A DNA stretch of 59,923 nt. Source: Parcubacteria group bacterium. Its GTDB lineage: Bacteria > Patescibacteriota > Minisyncoccia > Phycocordibacterales > Zambryskibacteraceae. The first letter of the stretch is position 1, and each line of letters opens with the position of its first letter. The position numbers and the translations under genes were made by a program. The notes under the pieces are model-generated. The model was given only the letters and a program-made list of their open reading frames with translations, did no database searches and had not been told where the DNA came from. The stretch is from NCBI GenBank assembly GCA_028286465.1, contig JAQBRN010000004.1, forward strand, positions 1-59,923, in the 5' to 3' direction. Of the stretch, positions 8,206-16,913 are shown piece after piece.

Positions 8206-10032
8206 TTACTCAGCCACGCACATCGCTTCGGGTTCGCTCGTACCTAGGCGCTTCTTGTCGCTTGCGCTCATCCGAGCATAGATACCGCCCTGGGCCACGA
8301 GGACCTGAGGGTGGCCCTGTTCGGCTACCGTGCCCTTACCCATGACGATCACCTTGTCGCAGCGCTCTGCCCGAGAGACATGGTGGGTGATGATGATCAC
8401 CGTCACGCCCGTCATGGCATACACTCGATCCATGACCTTGTCTGCTGACTCTGGATCAAGCCGAGCATCCGGCTCGTCGAGAATGAGGATCGGCGTGCCC
8501 CGGTAATGCACTCGGGCAAGCGCGAGCCGCTGCTTTTCTCCGCCGGAGAATTCGCGCCCGTCGAAATCCGATCCTATCTGAGCCGCGTAGCCGTCTTCGT
8601 GTTCCATGACGACATCGTGGAAATTCGCGAATTCGGCCGAAACCTGCACTCGCGCCAGATCGATGCTTTCCCCGAGGCGCGATGATGCGATCTCCTCGCC
8701 GACGGTCCGTTCCTGCACGTAGTAATCCTGGGTAAGCGATGACGCATACTTATTCCAGACCGGTGGATCGATGTTCTGCAGATTAATGTCGTCTGCGTAG
8801 ATCGCACCGAAGGTCGGATCGTAGTGGCGCATCAAGAGCGCCTGGAGCGTCGACTTCCCATTGCCGGACTTGCCGACGATAGCCACCTTCGTGCCAGCCT
8901 CGATCTCGAAGCTGACTTCGTGCAGTACCTCCTTCTCCGGTTTGGAAGGATAGGCGAAGCTCACGCGGTCGAATCTGACATGCGGCGTAGTGAAGTCGGG
9001 CATGATCGGATCCTCAGTCGTGAGATCGGGCTTGAGGCCCATGAAATCTCTCTCGATAAGGATGACTCCCTTGCCATTGTTCCACTGCTCGGCCGACATC
9101 ATCATGATCGAATTCAGATTCCCTTGGAACGTCTGAGCCGAGGTCAAGATGATAGTGAAGGTGCCGATGGCACCAGCCGTCGTGACGGTCATCCACGCTG
9201 CATGCGTGACAACCCCCAGAAGACCGAGGAAGAGAAGCAGGCTCGTCAGAATCTTTTTCTGACTGACTACCCGACGCGCTCCCGTATACTCATCGATCAC
9301 TTCCTTGACCTTCTCTGCGATGTCCTTGCCCAAGGGCCCCATCTGGTTGAACATCTTCGCCTGCACGAACGCCGTGACATTCTGGTACGGCCTTTCGAGC
9401 ATGTCGCGCTTCTTGTGGTGGGGGACATGACGTTCCATCATGCTCCACCACATCGAGACGAGACCGAACTCGGATACCATCTTCGGCATAGCTAAGACGA
9501 AGAGGATAAGCGCGTAGATCGGCTTGTGACGAACGAGTGAGGCTCCGAAAAGGGTGAATGAGACGATGAGCGAGAAGATCGCAAGCGCTTGCTCAGCGAA
9601 CTCTATCCGCGTACCCCAGGAATTGGGGAGTTCGCGAATATGCTTCGAGACGTCATCGTACTTCTTGCTCCGGAAACAGGCCACGTCGAGCGTCGCCCGA
9701 TGCTCGTTGAGCTCACGGTGATTCGCGAACTTGAGTTCCTGTCTCCACTTACCCTGATAGAACACTTGCGCACGCTGGGTAAGAAGATTGAGGATCTGCA
9801 CCGCGGCAAAGCATGCGAGCGGCACGATCAGGACTTCGACATTCCCATGTGCTTTTTGCAAAGCATTGACGAGAAGTCCAATGGCCTGCATACCGAAGAA
9901 TGCGACGAACGTGGTCGACACGGAGATTCCCATCTTCGCAAGCGTATCCTTCTTGCTATTTCTGAGACAGAACGCGAGCGAATATCTCGTGGCAAGCCAT
10001 AAGGTAATCAGATTCTCTCTGAGCTTCTTCAT
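8206..10032 (-). CDS. ABC exporter, fused permease/ATP-binding protein (MsbA/MdlB-like)
   Basis: 608 aa; N-terminal 6-TM region, Walker A GKSGNGKST, signature FSGGEKQRLALAR, Walker B ILILDEP. Confidence 0.9.
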   Translation of the reverse strand: MKKLRENLITLWLATRYSLAFCLRNSKKDTLAKMGISVSTTFVAFFGMQAIGLLVNALQKAHGNVEVLIVPLACFAAVQILNLLTQRAQVFYQGKWRQELKFANHRELNEHRATLDVACFRSKKYDDVSKHIRELPNSWGTRIEFAEQALAIFSLIVSFTLFGASLVRHKPIYALILFVLAMPKMVSEFGLVSMWWSMMERHVPHHKKRDMLERPYQNVTAFVQAKMFNQMGPLGKDIAEKVKEVIDEYTGARRVVSQKKILTSLLLFLGLLGVVTHAAWMTVTTAGAIGTFTIILTSAQTFQGNLNSIMMMSAEQWNNGKGVILIERDFMGLKPDLTTEDPIMPDFTTPHVRFDRVSFAYPSKPEKEVLHEVSFEIEAGTKVAIVGKSGNGKSTLQALLMRHYDPTFGAIYADDINLQNIDPPVWNKYASSLTQDYYVQERTVGEEIASSRLGESIDLARVQVSAEFANFHDVVMEHEDGYAAQIGSDFDGREFSGGEKQRLALARVHYRGTPILILDEPDARLDPESADKVMDRVYAMTGVTVIIITHHVSRAERCDKVIVMGKGTVAEQGHPQVLVAQGGIYARMSASDKKRLGTSEPEAMCVAE

Positions 10033-10075
10033 AGCACCTCTTGGTGTGTGGTTGAGTCAATGTGCGCCTACACTA

Positions 10076-10104
10076 ATTATAGCACCTTTTAAAGCTAAAG
10101 TCAA
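10076..10104 (-). promoter_or_regulatory. sigma70-type promoter for 8206..10032 (TTGACT-17-TATAAT on - strand)
   Basis: Minus strand reads TTGACTttagctttaaaaggtgcTATAAT; lies between the terminator of the upstream ABC gene and the AGAGG SD. Confidence 0.65.
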
Positions 10105-10107
10105 TAT

Positions 10108-10132
10108 AAAAAGAGAGCCTCGTTGGGCTCTC
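10108..10132 (-). terminator. rho-independent terminator (copy 2 of repeated 29-nt element)
   Basis: gagagcc-tcgttg-ggctctc preceded by A-run; follows stop of 10143..12017. Confidence 0.7.
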
Positions 10133-10142
10133 TAGATTGAAA

Positions 10143-12017
10143 CTACGCTGCAATACTGCACACAACACCCTGGTCATCAGCAAGCTGCCTGAAGGTCGGA
10201 GAAAGCTCGTAGAGCTCCTCGAAACTTGAGGCGATCGCTTCGACTTGTGAATCTCCATTCCTGACTTCGCTTGCGGGCTTCAGTACGACGAACTTGGTAC
10301 AGAGGTTTCGTACCGTACTCAGACGATGAGCCACGATAAGCGCACTCGTCGTCGTGCCCGAAAGTACTTCCGCGAGGCCCGCCTGTACCTGGCGTTCGGT
10401 CGTCGAGTCGAGACTCGATGTAGCTTCATCGACCACAAGCAGCCAGGGATTCTTCATCACGGCCGCTCCGATCATCAGGCGCTGTGCCTGACCGCCGGAG
10501 AGCTTGATGCCGTTCTTGCCGACGACCGTATCGAGTCCGTTCGTCAGGCGCTTGCCGAAGTCGATCTTCAGAAGCTGCATCATGTGCCAGAGTTCCTCGT
10601 CCGTGACGAGCTTGCGCTCTTCCGGACCGAGAGCATACGTCAGATTATAACGAATGCTTCCGTCGAAAACCTGCGCCTGCTGGGGAATGTACCCGATACC
10701 GCGCCTCCACGACGCTTGGCTAATAGCGCGCAGATCGATGCCGTCGATAAGAACGGCGCCTGATGTCGGATCGTCGAAACGCAAGAGCTTCTTCATCACG
10801 GTCGTCTTACCGGCTCCGCTCGGGCCGAGGAGGGCGACTTTCTCGCCTTCCTCGATCCGGAAACTGACTCTGATAAGCGCCGGCGGGGAATCTTCTTCCG
10901 CTTCGGCAGGATACGCATGAGACAGGTCGGCGAATTCGATCGAGTGCGGTGAAGCATGATCGAGTTCGAGCGCATCCGGAAGATCGTTGATCGCCGGCTC
11001 GAGTTCGAGCGCTTCGATCATCGATTTCACCGGAGGCATGTTCGTGTGGATCTTGCGCTCGATGGAGCCGAACTGCCAGATGTCGTCGCTTACGCGGCTG
11101 GTCCAGGCCATGAGCGGATAGAGGAACCCGATCGTCCAGACATGCGTCCAGACGAGCCAGGATCCGTATCCGATCGTCAGCATGAAGCCGAGCATGTTCA
11201 CCATGGAACGATTAGTGCCCTGCTTGATGAACCAGATCCAGAAGCTGCAATCCCGCCTCATGATGCCGGCGAAGATCGAGGACATCTCTAGGGTTTCTTC
11301 CTTTTCCTTGCCCGAGATCTTCACCCGTTCGACGCGGTCCCAGCGTTCCATCCTGCGCCTATTGAGCGCGCGCTGATCTCTCTCGATCGGCGTGCATTCG
11401 ACATTAACGCGGTAGTTCATGTAGAACGACCACACGATGTAGGCGAGCATTACCAAGCCGAGAACGACGCCGGCCCTGATACTCAAGATGCAGAGAAAGA
11501 TGAACGCCAAGAGAAGGCGCGTCATCACGGGGATCCATTCCGAAAGAACGGCGTCCTGTAATTCCAAAACCTTCCAGCGCCCCTTGTCGATGTTCGACAC
11601 GGACAAGAGATGTGCTTCCTGTGCATGCTGGCCGATCGACTTCTCGAAGAACATTTCCGTAATGCAGTCGTCGAGGCTCACTGAATGAAGCCCGAAGACC
11701 CATTCGCGCGAAATGGCCTGGAAGCGATCGCCGAACTTCTGGAGCACGATGCTCAAGCTGAGCGCGACTATTCCGAAGATCGTCAGACCACCATTGTGAG
11801 CCGTAAGCCCGCCGAAGATGAATCCGATCGCGATAGGCTGTCCCATCTGAAGGAAGAGCATCGGTATAAGCGCGAGGAACATTCTACTGATGTACTTGCT
11901 GCTTTCCTCCGTCGATATGGCCCGCCAGACCCAGCGAAATACGCCGACAGCTTCGCGAGCCGTATCGAGATATTCTCGAATGGTCGTAGCTTGCCGGAGA
12001 TCCCGGTCTTCTTCCAT
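10143..12017 (-). CDS. ABC exporter, fused permease/ATP-binding protein
   Basis: 624 aa; TM domain, Walker A GPSGAGKTT, signature LSGGQAQRL, Walker B LLVVDEATSSLD; GGAGG SD upstream. Confidence 0.9.
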   Translation of the reverse strand: MEEDRDLRQATTIREYLDTAREAVGVFRWVWRAISTEESSKYISRMFLALIPMLFLQMGQPIAIGFIFGGLTAHNGGLTIFGIVALSLSIVLQKFGDRFQAISREWVFGLHSVSLDDCITEMFFEKSIGQHAQEAHLLSVSNIDKGRWKVLELQDAVLSEWIPVMTRLLLAFIFLCILSIRAGVVLGLVMLAYIVWSFYMNYRVNVECTPIERDQRALNRRRMERWDRVERVKISGKEKEETLEMSSIFAGIMRRDCSFWIWFIKQGTNRSMVNMLGFMLTIGYGSWLVWTHVWTIGFLYPLMAWTSRVSDDIWQFGSIERKIHTNMPPVKSMIEALELEPAINDLPDALELDHASPHSIEFADLSHAYPAEAEEDSPPALIRVSFRIEEGEKVALLGPSGAGKTTVMKKLLRFDDPTSGAVLIDGIDLRAISQASWRRGIGYIPQQAQVFDGSIRYNLTYALGPEERKLVTDEELWHMMQLLKIDFGKRLTNGLDTVVGKNGIKLSGGQAQRLMIGAAVMKNPWLLVVDEATSSLDSTTERQVQAGLAEVLSGTTTSALIVAHRLSTVRNLCTKFVVLKPASEVRNGDSQVEAIASSFEELYELSPTFRQLADDQGVVCSIAA

Positions 12018-12266
12018 GCTTCCTCCTATGTGTTGTGTGAATTGTAAAGAACTGAAAGAACAAAAATTGCATCGTGTCGGGTGACACGATGTTGTAAAGA
12101 TTCAAGTGGAGAAGCTTAAATGCTTAAAACATCATGCCAACGGGATACGCGAAGTGCGCCGACGAAAGTGTGCGGCTCTGTCCACGTATTGGTATTGGTC
12201 ATGAATGTCGTCATGGTTTTTTGATACTAACACATATTAATAAAAGCGCAAGTCCTGGCGAACCGC

Positions 12267-12788
12267 TTACGAGAAAAGCTTGATATTCCTGCCTGATTTT
12301 TGATTTTCGGATGTCTCATTTTTGAGAAACTCTGCCCGGTGGTCTTTGTCGAGAACGATCTTGTCGAACAGGGGATCGTCGTTAATGAAATAGACCTGTA
12401 CTCCGCACTCAATCATCCCGCCTACCGATGCTTCGAACTTCCGCACTGACACAGGCATCACTTCGACAAAGCTCTGCCATTCGTATCCTTTGCCGATCTT
12501 TTCGAAAGAATCAGAAGAAAAGACATACATGTATCCCTCCTTGTCTTCTAAAGTAATCTCCTCGGCTGTTCCCCAAATACATATATAGGCGATATCCTCT
12601 TCGAAGCCGATGCTATGGAGCAGGCTCTCGGGGAGCATGAAAAGCGCTGCCAGATCCATTCTTTCCGTGGCGAATACGGCCGGCCGGTCATGAATATGAT
12701 CCTCGCTCGACCTTACTAGTATGGGAGTAAGAGGCCCTTCGATAAGGGTGGAGCTGCCGTGATAGAGTTCTGAAGGCTTCGGGGGCAT
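12267..12788 (-). CDS. hypothetical protein
   Basis: ORF in track runs to 12830, but TATAAT (12795-12800, - strand) sits 6 nt upstream of the ATG at 12788 (MPPKPSELYHGSS...). No family recognised. Confidence 0.5.
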   Translation of the reverse strand: MPPKPSELYHGSSTLIEGPLTPILVRSSEDHIHDRPAVFATERMDLAALFMLPESLLHSIGFEEDIAYICIWGTAEEITLEDKEGYMYVFSSDSFEKIGKGYEWQSFVEVMPVSVRKFEASVGGMIECGVQVYFINDDPLFDKIVLDKDHRAEFLKNETSENQKSGRNIKLFS

Positions 12789-12830
12789 AGTACAATTATA
12801 GCGTAATTTGCTACTATAGGGCTTATACAT

Positions 12831-13787
12831 ATGACCACAAAGAAAATCCTCGTTTCAGGCGTGAAGCCGACCGGCAGGCCGCATATCGGCAACTACTTCG
12901 GCGCCATGAAGCAGTTCGTCGATCTGCAGGGTGAATACGACACGCGTATTTTCGTCGCCAATTTGCATACCCTCACCGGACTCCAGGATGCCAAGGAGAT
13001 GAAGCGGAACTCGATCGACGTCGTTCTCGACTATCTGGGCATAGGCCTCGATCCGGAAAAGGTCACGCTCTACTTCCAATCAGACATTCCTCACGTCACC
13101 GAGCTTGCCTGGATCTTCGAGTGCCTCACCACCATGCCGTACCTCATGCGAGCGCACGCCTTCAAGGATGCGGAAGCCAAGAACAAAGACATCAATGTCG
13201 GGACCTTTAACTACCCGATGCTCATGGCAGCGGATATCTTGGTCCATGATGCGGACGTCGTCCCGGTGGGCAAGGATCAGAAGCAGCACATCGAGATCGC
13301 CCGCGACACGGCAGAAAAGTTCAATCGCACCTTCGGAGACACCTTCAAGCTTCCGGAAGCGCTCATTATAGAAAGCGTCGAGACAGTGCCCGGCACTGAT
13401 GGCCAGAAGATGAGTAAGAGCTACGGCAATACCATTCCGCTCTTCGCAACGGATGAGGAAATAGAAAGGGCCGTCATGGGCATCGTCACCGATTCGGGAT
13501 CTGACATCCCGCAGAATGTCTATGCCATTCATGCCCTTATAAAGGATAAAGCCTCGCTCGATGCGCTTTATGAAGAGAAGAAAGGGAAGTATAAGGACTT
13601 GAAGGAGGCACTCATTCTAGACCTCAAGGCCTTCATCGGCCCGATGCGAGAGAGGAGAGCTGAGTGGGCTGCAAAGCCGGAAGAGGCGAAGAGGATCGTC
13701 ACGGAAGGCGGCATGAAGATGAGGAAGGTCGTTCACGACAAGATGAAGGACGCGCGAGAGAAGGTAGGATTCATCCATCACGAATAA
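12831..13787 (+). CDS. trpS: tryptophan--tRNA ligase
   Basis: 318 aa; class I HIGH-type motif GRPHIGNYFG and KMSKS. Confidence 0.95.
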   Translation: MTTKKILVSGVKPTGRPHIGNYFGAMKQFVDLQGEYDTRIFVANLHTLTGLQDAKEMKRNSIDVVLDYLGIGLDPEKVTLYFQSDIPHVTELAWIFECLTTMPYLMRAHAFKDAEAKNKDINVGTFNYPMLMAADILVHDADVVPVGKDQKQHIEIARDTAEKFNRTFGDTFKLPEALIIESVETVPGTDGQKMSKSYGNTIPLFATDEEIERAVMGIVTDSGSDIPQNVYAIHALIKDKASLDALYEEKKGKYKDLKEALILDLKAFIGPMRERRAEWAAKPEEAKRIVTEGGMKMRKVVHDKMKDAREKVGFIHHE

Positions 13788-15082
13788 TGATCAAAGCAAC
13801 CCATATCAAAAACATCGGCTCGGAAGCGGGAAAGAGCGCCACCATCCAAGGCTTCGTTCAAGCCCTGCGTGTACAGTCGAAGATCATCTTCATGAACGTG
13901 CGCGACATTACGGGCGTGCTTCAGGCCGTTGTCACGATCGACAATCCGAATTTCGAAACAGCCAAAGGCCTCTCGCTCGAATCCGTCGTCCGCATCACGG
14001 GCACAGTCGTCGAAGCCGCACAGGCTCCGGGTGGATTCGAAATGCAGCCGGAATCAATAGAAGTACTTTCTGTCTCAGCACCCGAACTTCCGATCCCGGT
14101 GGTTTCGCAGAAGGGCGGGGAAGAGACGGAAGCACCGATTCGTCTCGACTACCGATGGATCGATCTCCGTAAGCCCGAGAAGGCGAAGATCTTCAAGGTC
14201 TGGACCGAATTCGAGAAGGGCTGGAGGAAGTATTGGTCGGATAACGACTTTATCCAACTCTACCCGCCGGCCTTCATGAGCACTCCTTCGGAAACCGGCG
14301 CCGAGGTCTTCGAGGTGAACTATTTCGACAGGAAGGCGTATCTCGCGCAGTCTCCTCAATTTTATAAACAAATGGCCATGGCTTCAGGCCTCGAGCGCGT
14401 CTTCATGGTCTCTCCGGTCTTCCGCGCCGAGCTCTCCTTCACCACGCGCCACCTCACCGAGTTTACCGGCTGGGACTTTGAAATGTCCTACATCGAGTCT
14501 CACCACGATGTCATGGACGCCGAAGAGGGAATGATCGTCGAGGGCTTGAAGCAGGTGAAGGCGACATTCCCCGAGCTCGACATCACTGTCCCGGCGCAGC
14601 CCTTCCCAAGGATCCCGATGGCCAAGGCCAAAGAGATCTTGAAGTCGCTCGACATCCCGTCCCCCGAAGAGCACGACCTCTCGCCCGAAGAAGAGCGGGC
14701 TATTTCCGAATATGTCAAAAAAGAGTTCGATCACGAATTCGTCTTCATTACCGACTACCACAAGTCGAAGTCGGCCTTCTATCACATGCGCCACGAAGAC
14801 GACAACGACCGCTCGAAGCGTGCAGATCTCTTGTATAAGGGCATCGAGGTGACGACCCTCGCCCAGCGCGAGCATCGCATCGATATCCTCGAGAAGCAGG
14901 CCCTTGAAAAGGGCATGGATCTTGAAGCGCTCAAGGATTACTTGAACTTCTTCCGCTACGGCGTCCCTCCTCACGGCGGAGCGGGCATCGGCCCGGGCCG
15001 CTTCATCATGAAGATCCTCGACCTGCCGAACGTCCGCGAAGCGACCTATCTCCCGAGAGATGTGAAAAGACTCAATCCTTGA
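13787..15082 (+). CDS. aspS: aspartate--tRNA ligase, archaeal/eukaryal-type (possibly non-discriminating)
   Basis: 431 aa from ATG overlapping trpS stop (TAATG). N-terminal OB fold, class II motifs QSPQFYKQ, FRAELSFTTRHLTEF, GGAGIGPGR, C-terminal PRDVKRLNP as in short archaeal-type AspRS; the track's upstream extension is Arg/Glu-rich read-through of trpS. Confidence 0.8.
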   Translation: MIKATHIKNIGSEAGKSATIQGFVQALRVQSKIIFMNVRDITGVLQAVVTIDNPNFETAKGLSLESVVRITGTVVEAAQAPGGFEMQPESIEVLSVSAPELPIPVVSQKGGEETEAPIRLDYRWIDLRKPEKAKIFKVWTEFEKGWRKYWSDNDFIQLYPPAFMSTPSETGAEVFEVNYFDRKAYLAQSPQFYKQMAMASGLERVFMVSPVFRAELSFTTRHLTEFTGWDFEMSYIESHHDVMDAEEGMIVEGLKQVKATFPELDITVPAQPFPRIPMAKAKEILKSLDIPSPEEHDLSPEEERAISEYVKKEFDHEFVFITDYHKSKSAFYHMRHEDDNDRSKRADLLYKGIEVTTLAQREHRIDILEKQALEKGMDLEALKDYLNFFRYGVPPHGGAGIGPGRFIMKILDLPNVREATYLPRDVKRLNP

Positions 15083-15321
15083 CAAGTAGCTCTTATTGTG
15101 AGACTCTGTTCCCGGAGTCGAACCCACCATATTCACTGAGGACATATGGCCAGAGGAGAAGGCAACCAGATCGGGAAGGGCATCGCGACTGTGGCAATTT
15201 GGGGAGGCGTATGCGGCCTCTCTTATCATGTTCCATTCATTCGGTTTGCTCACGAGTGATGGGGCGATTGGCCTCGTTGTGGGCGGATTACTGCTCACCG
15301 CTGCCCTGTGGAATCTTTAGC

Positions 15322-15349
15322 AAAACCGCACAGGATGTAGCGGTTTTTT
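15322..15349 (+). terminator. rho-independent terminator
   Basis: aaaaccgc-acaggatgta-gcggtttt plus T-run, directly after the TAG at 15318-15320 of a short hydrophobic ORF. Confidence 0.65.
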
Positions 15350-15384
15350 CATACCACAATATCCGGCTTGCAGCATCGAAACTT

Positions 15385-15412
15385 TTGACAAAAGATGAAT
15401 TCATGCTATTTT
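15385..15412 (+). promoter_or_regulatory. sigma70-type promoter TTGACA-16-TGcTATTTT
   Basis: Read directly; ATG at 15419 follows 6 nt after the -10 box. Confidence 0.6.
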
Positions 15413-15418
15413 CAGTAT

Positions 15419-15535
15419 ATGCATAACAAATGCACCAACACATATATGGATTTCCAGACGCTTCCAGCGAATGCGTCTCTTTTCGCCGTTCATATCGGCG
15501 AGACTCCCATATTGTGTCTAGCTTCTGTTATCTAA
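15419..15535 (+). CDS. candidate 38-aa small ORF (or non-coding RNA) in a self-contained mini transcription unit
   Basis: MHNKCTNTYMDFQTLPANASLFAVHIGETPILCLASVI; consensus promoter upstream, strong terminator downstream; below the ORF-track length cut-off. Confidence 0.3.
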   Translation: MHNKCTNTYMDFQTLPANASLFAVHIGETPILCLASVI

Positions 15536-15556
15536 ACCTTTTCAATAATCATTTGG

Positions 15557-15588
15557 AAAACCGAAGCTCGACAGAAGCTTCGGTTTTT
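15557..15588 (+). terminator. rho-independent terminator
   Basis: ccgaagct-N7-agcttcgg (8 bp) followed by TTTTT. Confidence 0.75.
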
Positions 15589-15638
15589 GTTGAGCAATGT
15601 TCTTTCACGACGTTCTTTACTCATTTCTGGAGAAGCAC

Positions 15639-16232
15639 ATGCAAGAGACTCAAGGCCCCATTTTCCTTCGGGGACGCACGGTTAACCTTCGCCCCGTACG
15701 GAAGGAAGACCTTCCGTACTTCCTCGTATGGATCAATGATCCGGATCTTCGGGACTTCATTCTTCCGTACATGCCGATGACAATGCCCGAAGAGGAGGAA
15801 TGGTTCGCAGACCTCGGCAAAAGGAAGCCCAGTGATGTCGTCCTCTCGATCGAGACGACCGACGGCTGCTTGATCGGCAATATGGGCATGCATCGCATCG
15901 ACTGGCGAAGTCGCGTCGGTACGACAGGCGCGATCATCGGCGAAAAGGATGCTCAAGGCAAGGGATACGGAACGGAAGCGAAGACGCTTCTTCTCCATCA
16001 TGCCTTCACTTCCATGAATCTCCGGAAGATCTGTTCGCAGGTCATCGCCTTCAATAAACGGAGCGAGGCCTACAGCAAGAAGTGCGGGTACAAAGAGGAC
16101 GGAGTTCAGAAGCAGCACGTCTTCAGAAGGGGAGAGTATCACGATCTTATTAATCTCGCCGTCTTCTGGGATGACTTCAAACCGATATGGGAGAAGTACC
16201 AAATGTCGGAAGAGACGCACGCACCAGCCTGA
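15639..16232 (+). CDS. GNAT-family N-acetyltransferase (RimJ/RimL-like)
   Basis: 197 aa from ATG behind GGAGA; LRPVRKEDLPYF..., acetyl-CoA motif QGKGYGTEA..., typical Acetyltransf_3 layout. Confidence 0.8.
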   Translation: MQETQGPIFLRGRTVNLRPVRKEDLPYFLVWINDPDLRDFILPYMPMTMPEEEEWFADLGKRKPSDVVLSIETTDGCLIGNMGMHRIDWRSRVGTTGAIIGEKDAQGKGYGTEAKTLLLHHAFTSMNLRKICSQVIAFNKRSEAYSKKCGYKEDGVQKQHVFRRGEYHDLINLAVFWDDFKPIWEKYQMSEETHAPA

Positions 16233-16247
16233 CAAGGCTGGTTTTTT
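16224..16247 (+). terminator. rho-independent terminator after GNAT gene
   Basis: ccagcct-gaca-aggctgg + TTTTTT; stop codon lies in the stem. Confidence 0.75.
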
Positions 16248-16253
16248 ATGCTC

Positions 16254-16282
16254 TTGACATTTCTTCTGTAATCTGCTATTAT
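16254..16282 (+). promoter_or_regulatory. sigma70-type promoter TTGACA-17-TATTAT
   Basis: cTTGACAtttcttctgtaatctgcTATTATat read directly, about 50 nt upstream of ATG 16336. Confidence 0.7.
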
Positions 16283-16335
16283 ATATAACGGCAGTAAGCA
16301 GTACCTTTTTCTTCTCATATCCGAGGAACCGCTCC

Positions 16336-16794
16336 ATGAAGACCCGCTTCGCAGTTCTCGCCCTGGCCTCGACCCTCGTCCTCGGCGCTTGCACGGAGAA
16401 CAATGTTTTCCCGACTGCGCCCGATGCGAAGGCCTCCGACTCCGTGTCGAAGGTTATGATCATTGATCCCGTCGACAACAGAACCGGTCAGCGCCCCGAC
16501 TCGTACAACCACAACGTCGTCATGGTGACGGCGCCGGCCGGTTACGTTCTTCCGAGCGTGCAGACGACGCTCGAAGGCGACGCGATCAGGATCACGCAGG
16601 TGAATCCGGAACAGCTCGACATCGTCGACTGCGGAACGCCATGCACTCGGTCGACGTGGCGGATCGAGGTCTACTACTACGTCAACAACATGGGGCCGAG
16701 CGACCCGGACCGACACTCCAAGGTAACGGTCACCCTCAGTGGCGTACCGGGCCAGAAAGCGGTCTTCGAAGTCTCGGCTACTAACAAGGGCTAA
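16336..16794 (+). CDS. putative lipoprotein
   Basis: 152 aa; MKTRFAVLALASTLVLGAC = signal peptide with lipobox L-G-A-C; GAGGA SD. Confidence 0.65.
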   Translation: MKTRFAVLALASTLVLGACTENNVFPTAPDAKASDSVSKVMIIDPVDNRTGQRPDSYNHNVVMVTAPAGYVLPSVQTTLEGDAIRITQVNPEQLDIVDCGTPCTRSTWRIEVYYYVNNMGPSDPDRHSKVTVTLSGVPGQKAVFEVSATNKG

Positions 16795-16913
16795 GAAAAC
16801 ACCGGCATGTCCGGCACAAGGGCTCGCGACACATCGCGAGCCCTTTACCATATATCAAGCAATGATGAAGCCTTTTCTTTATAAAAGCGGCTCGGAATGT
16901 TAGAATCGGGAGA

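Noticed and set aside
13664-13786. An N-terminal extension of the aspS ORF (track start 13664, MGCKAGRGEEDRHGRR...).
   Set aside because: The extension lies entirely within the trpS coding sequence in another frame, is low-complexity Arg/Glu-rich, and is absent from AspRS. The ATG at 13787 overlaps the trpS stop and precedes the OB-fold domain.
15114-15125. ggagtcgaaccc, whose reverse complement (GGGTTCGACTCC) looks like a tRNA T-arm on the - strand.
   Set aside because: The flanks do not pair: the 5' T-stem would be GTGGG and the 3' stem CCGGG, giving only two base pairs. No acceptor or anticodon arms can be folded. It is a chance match.
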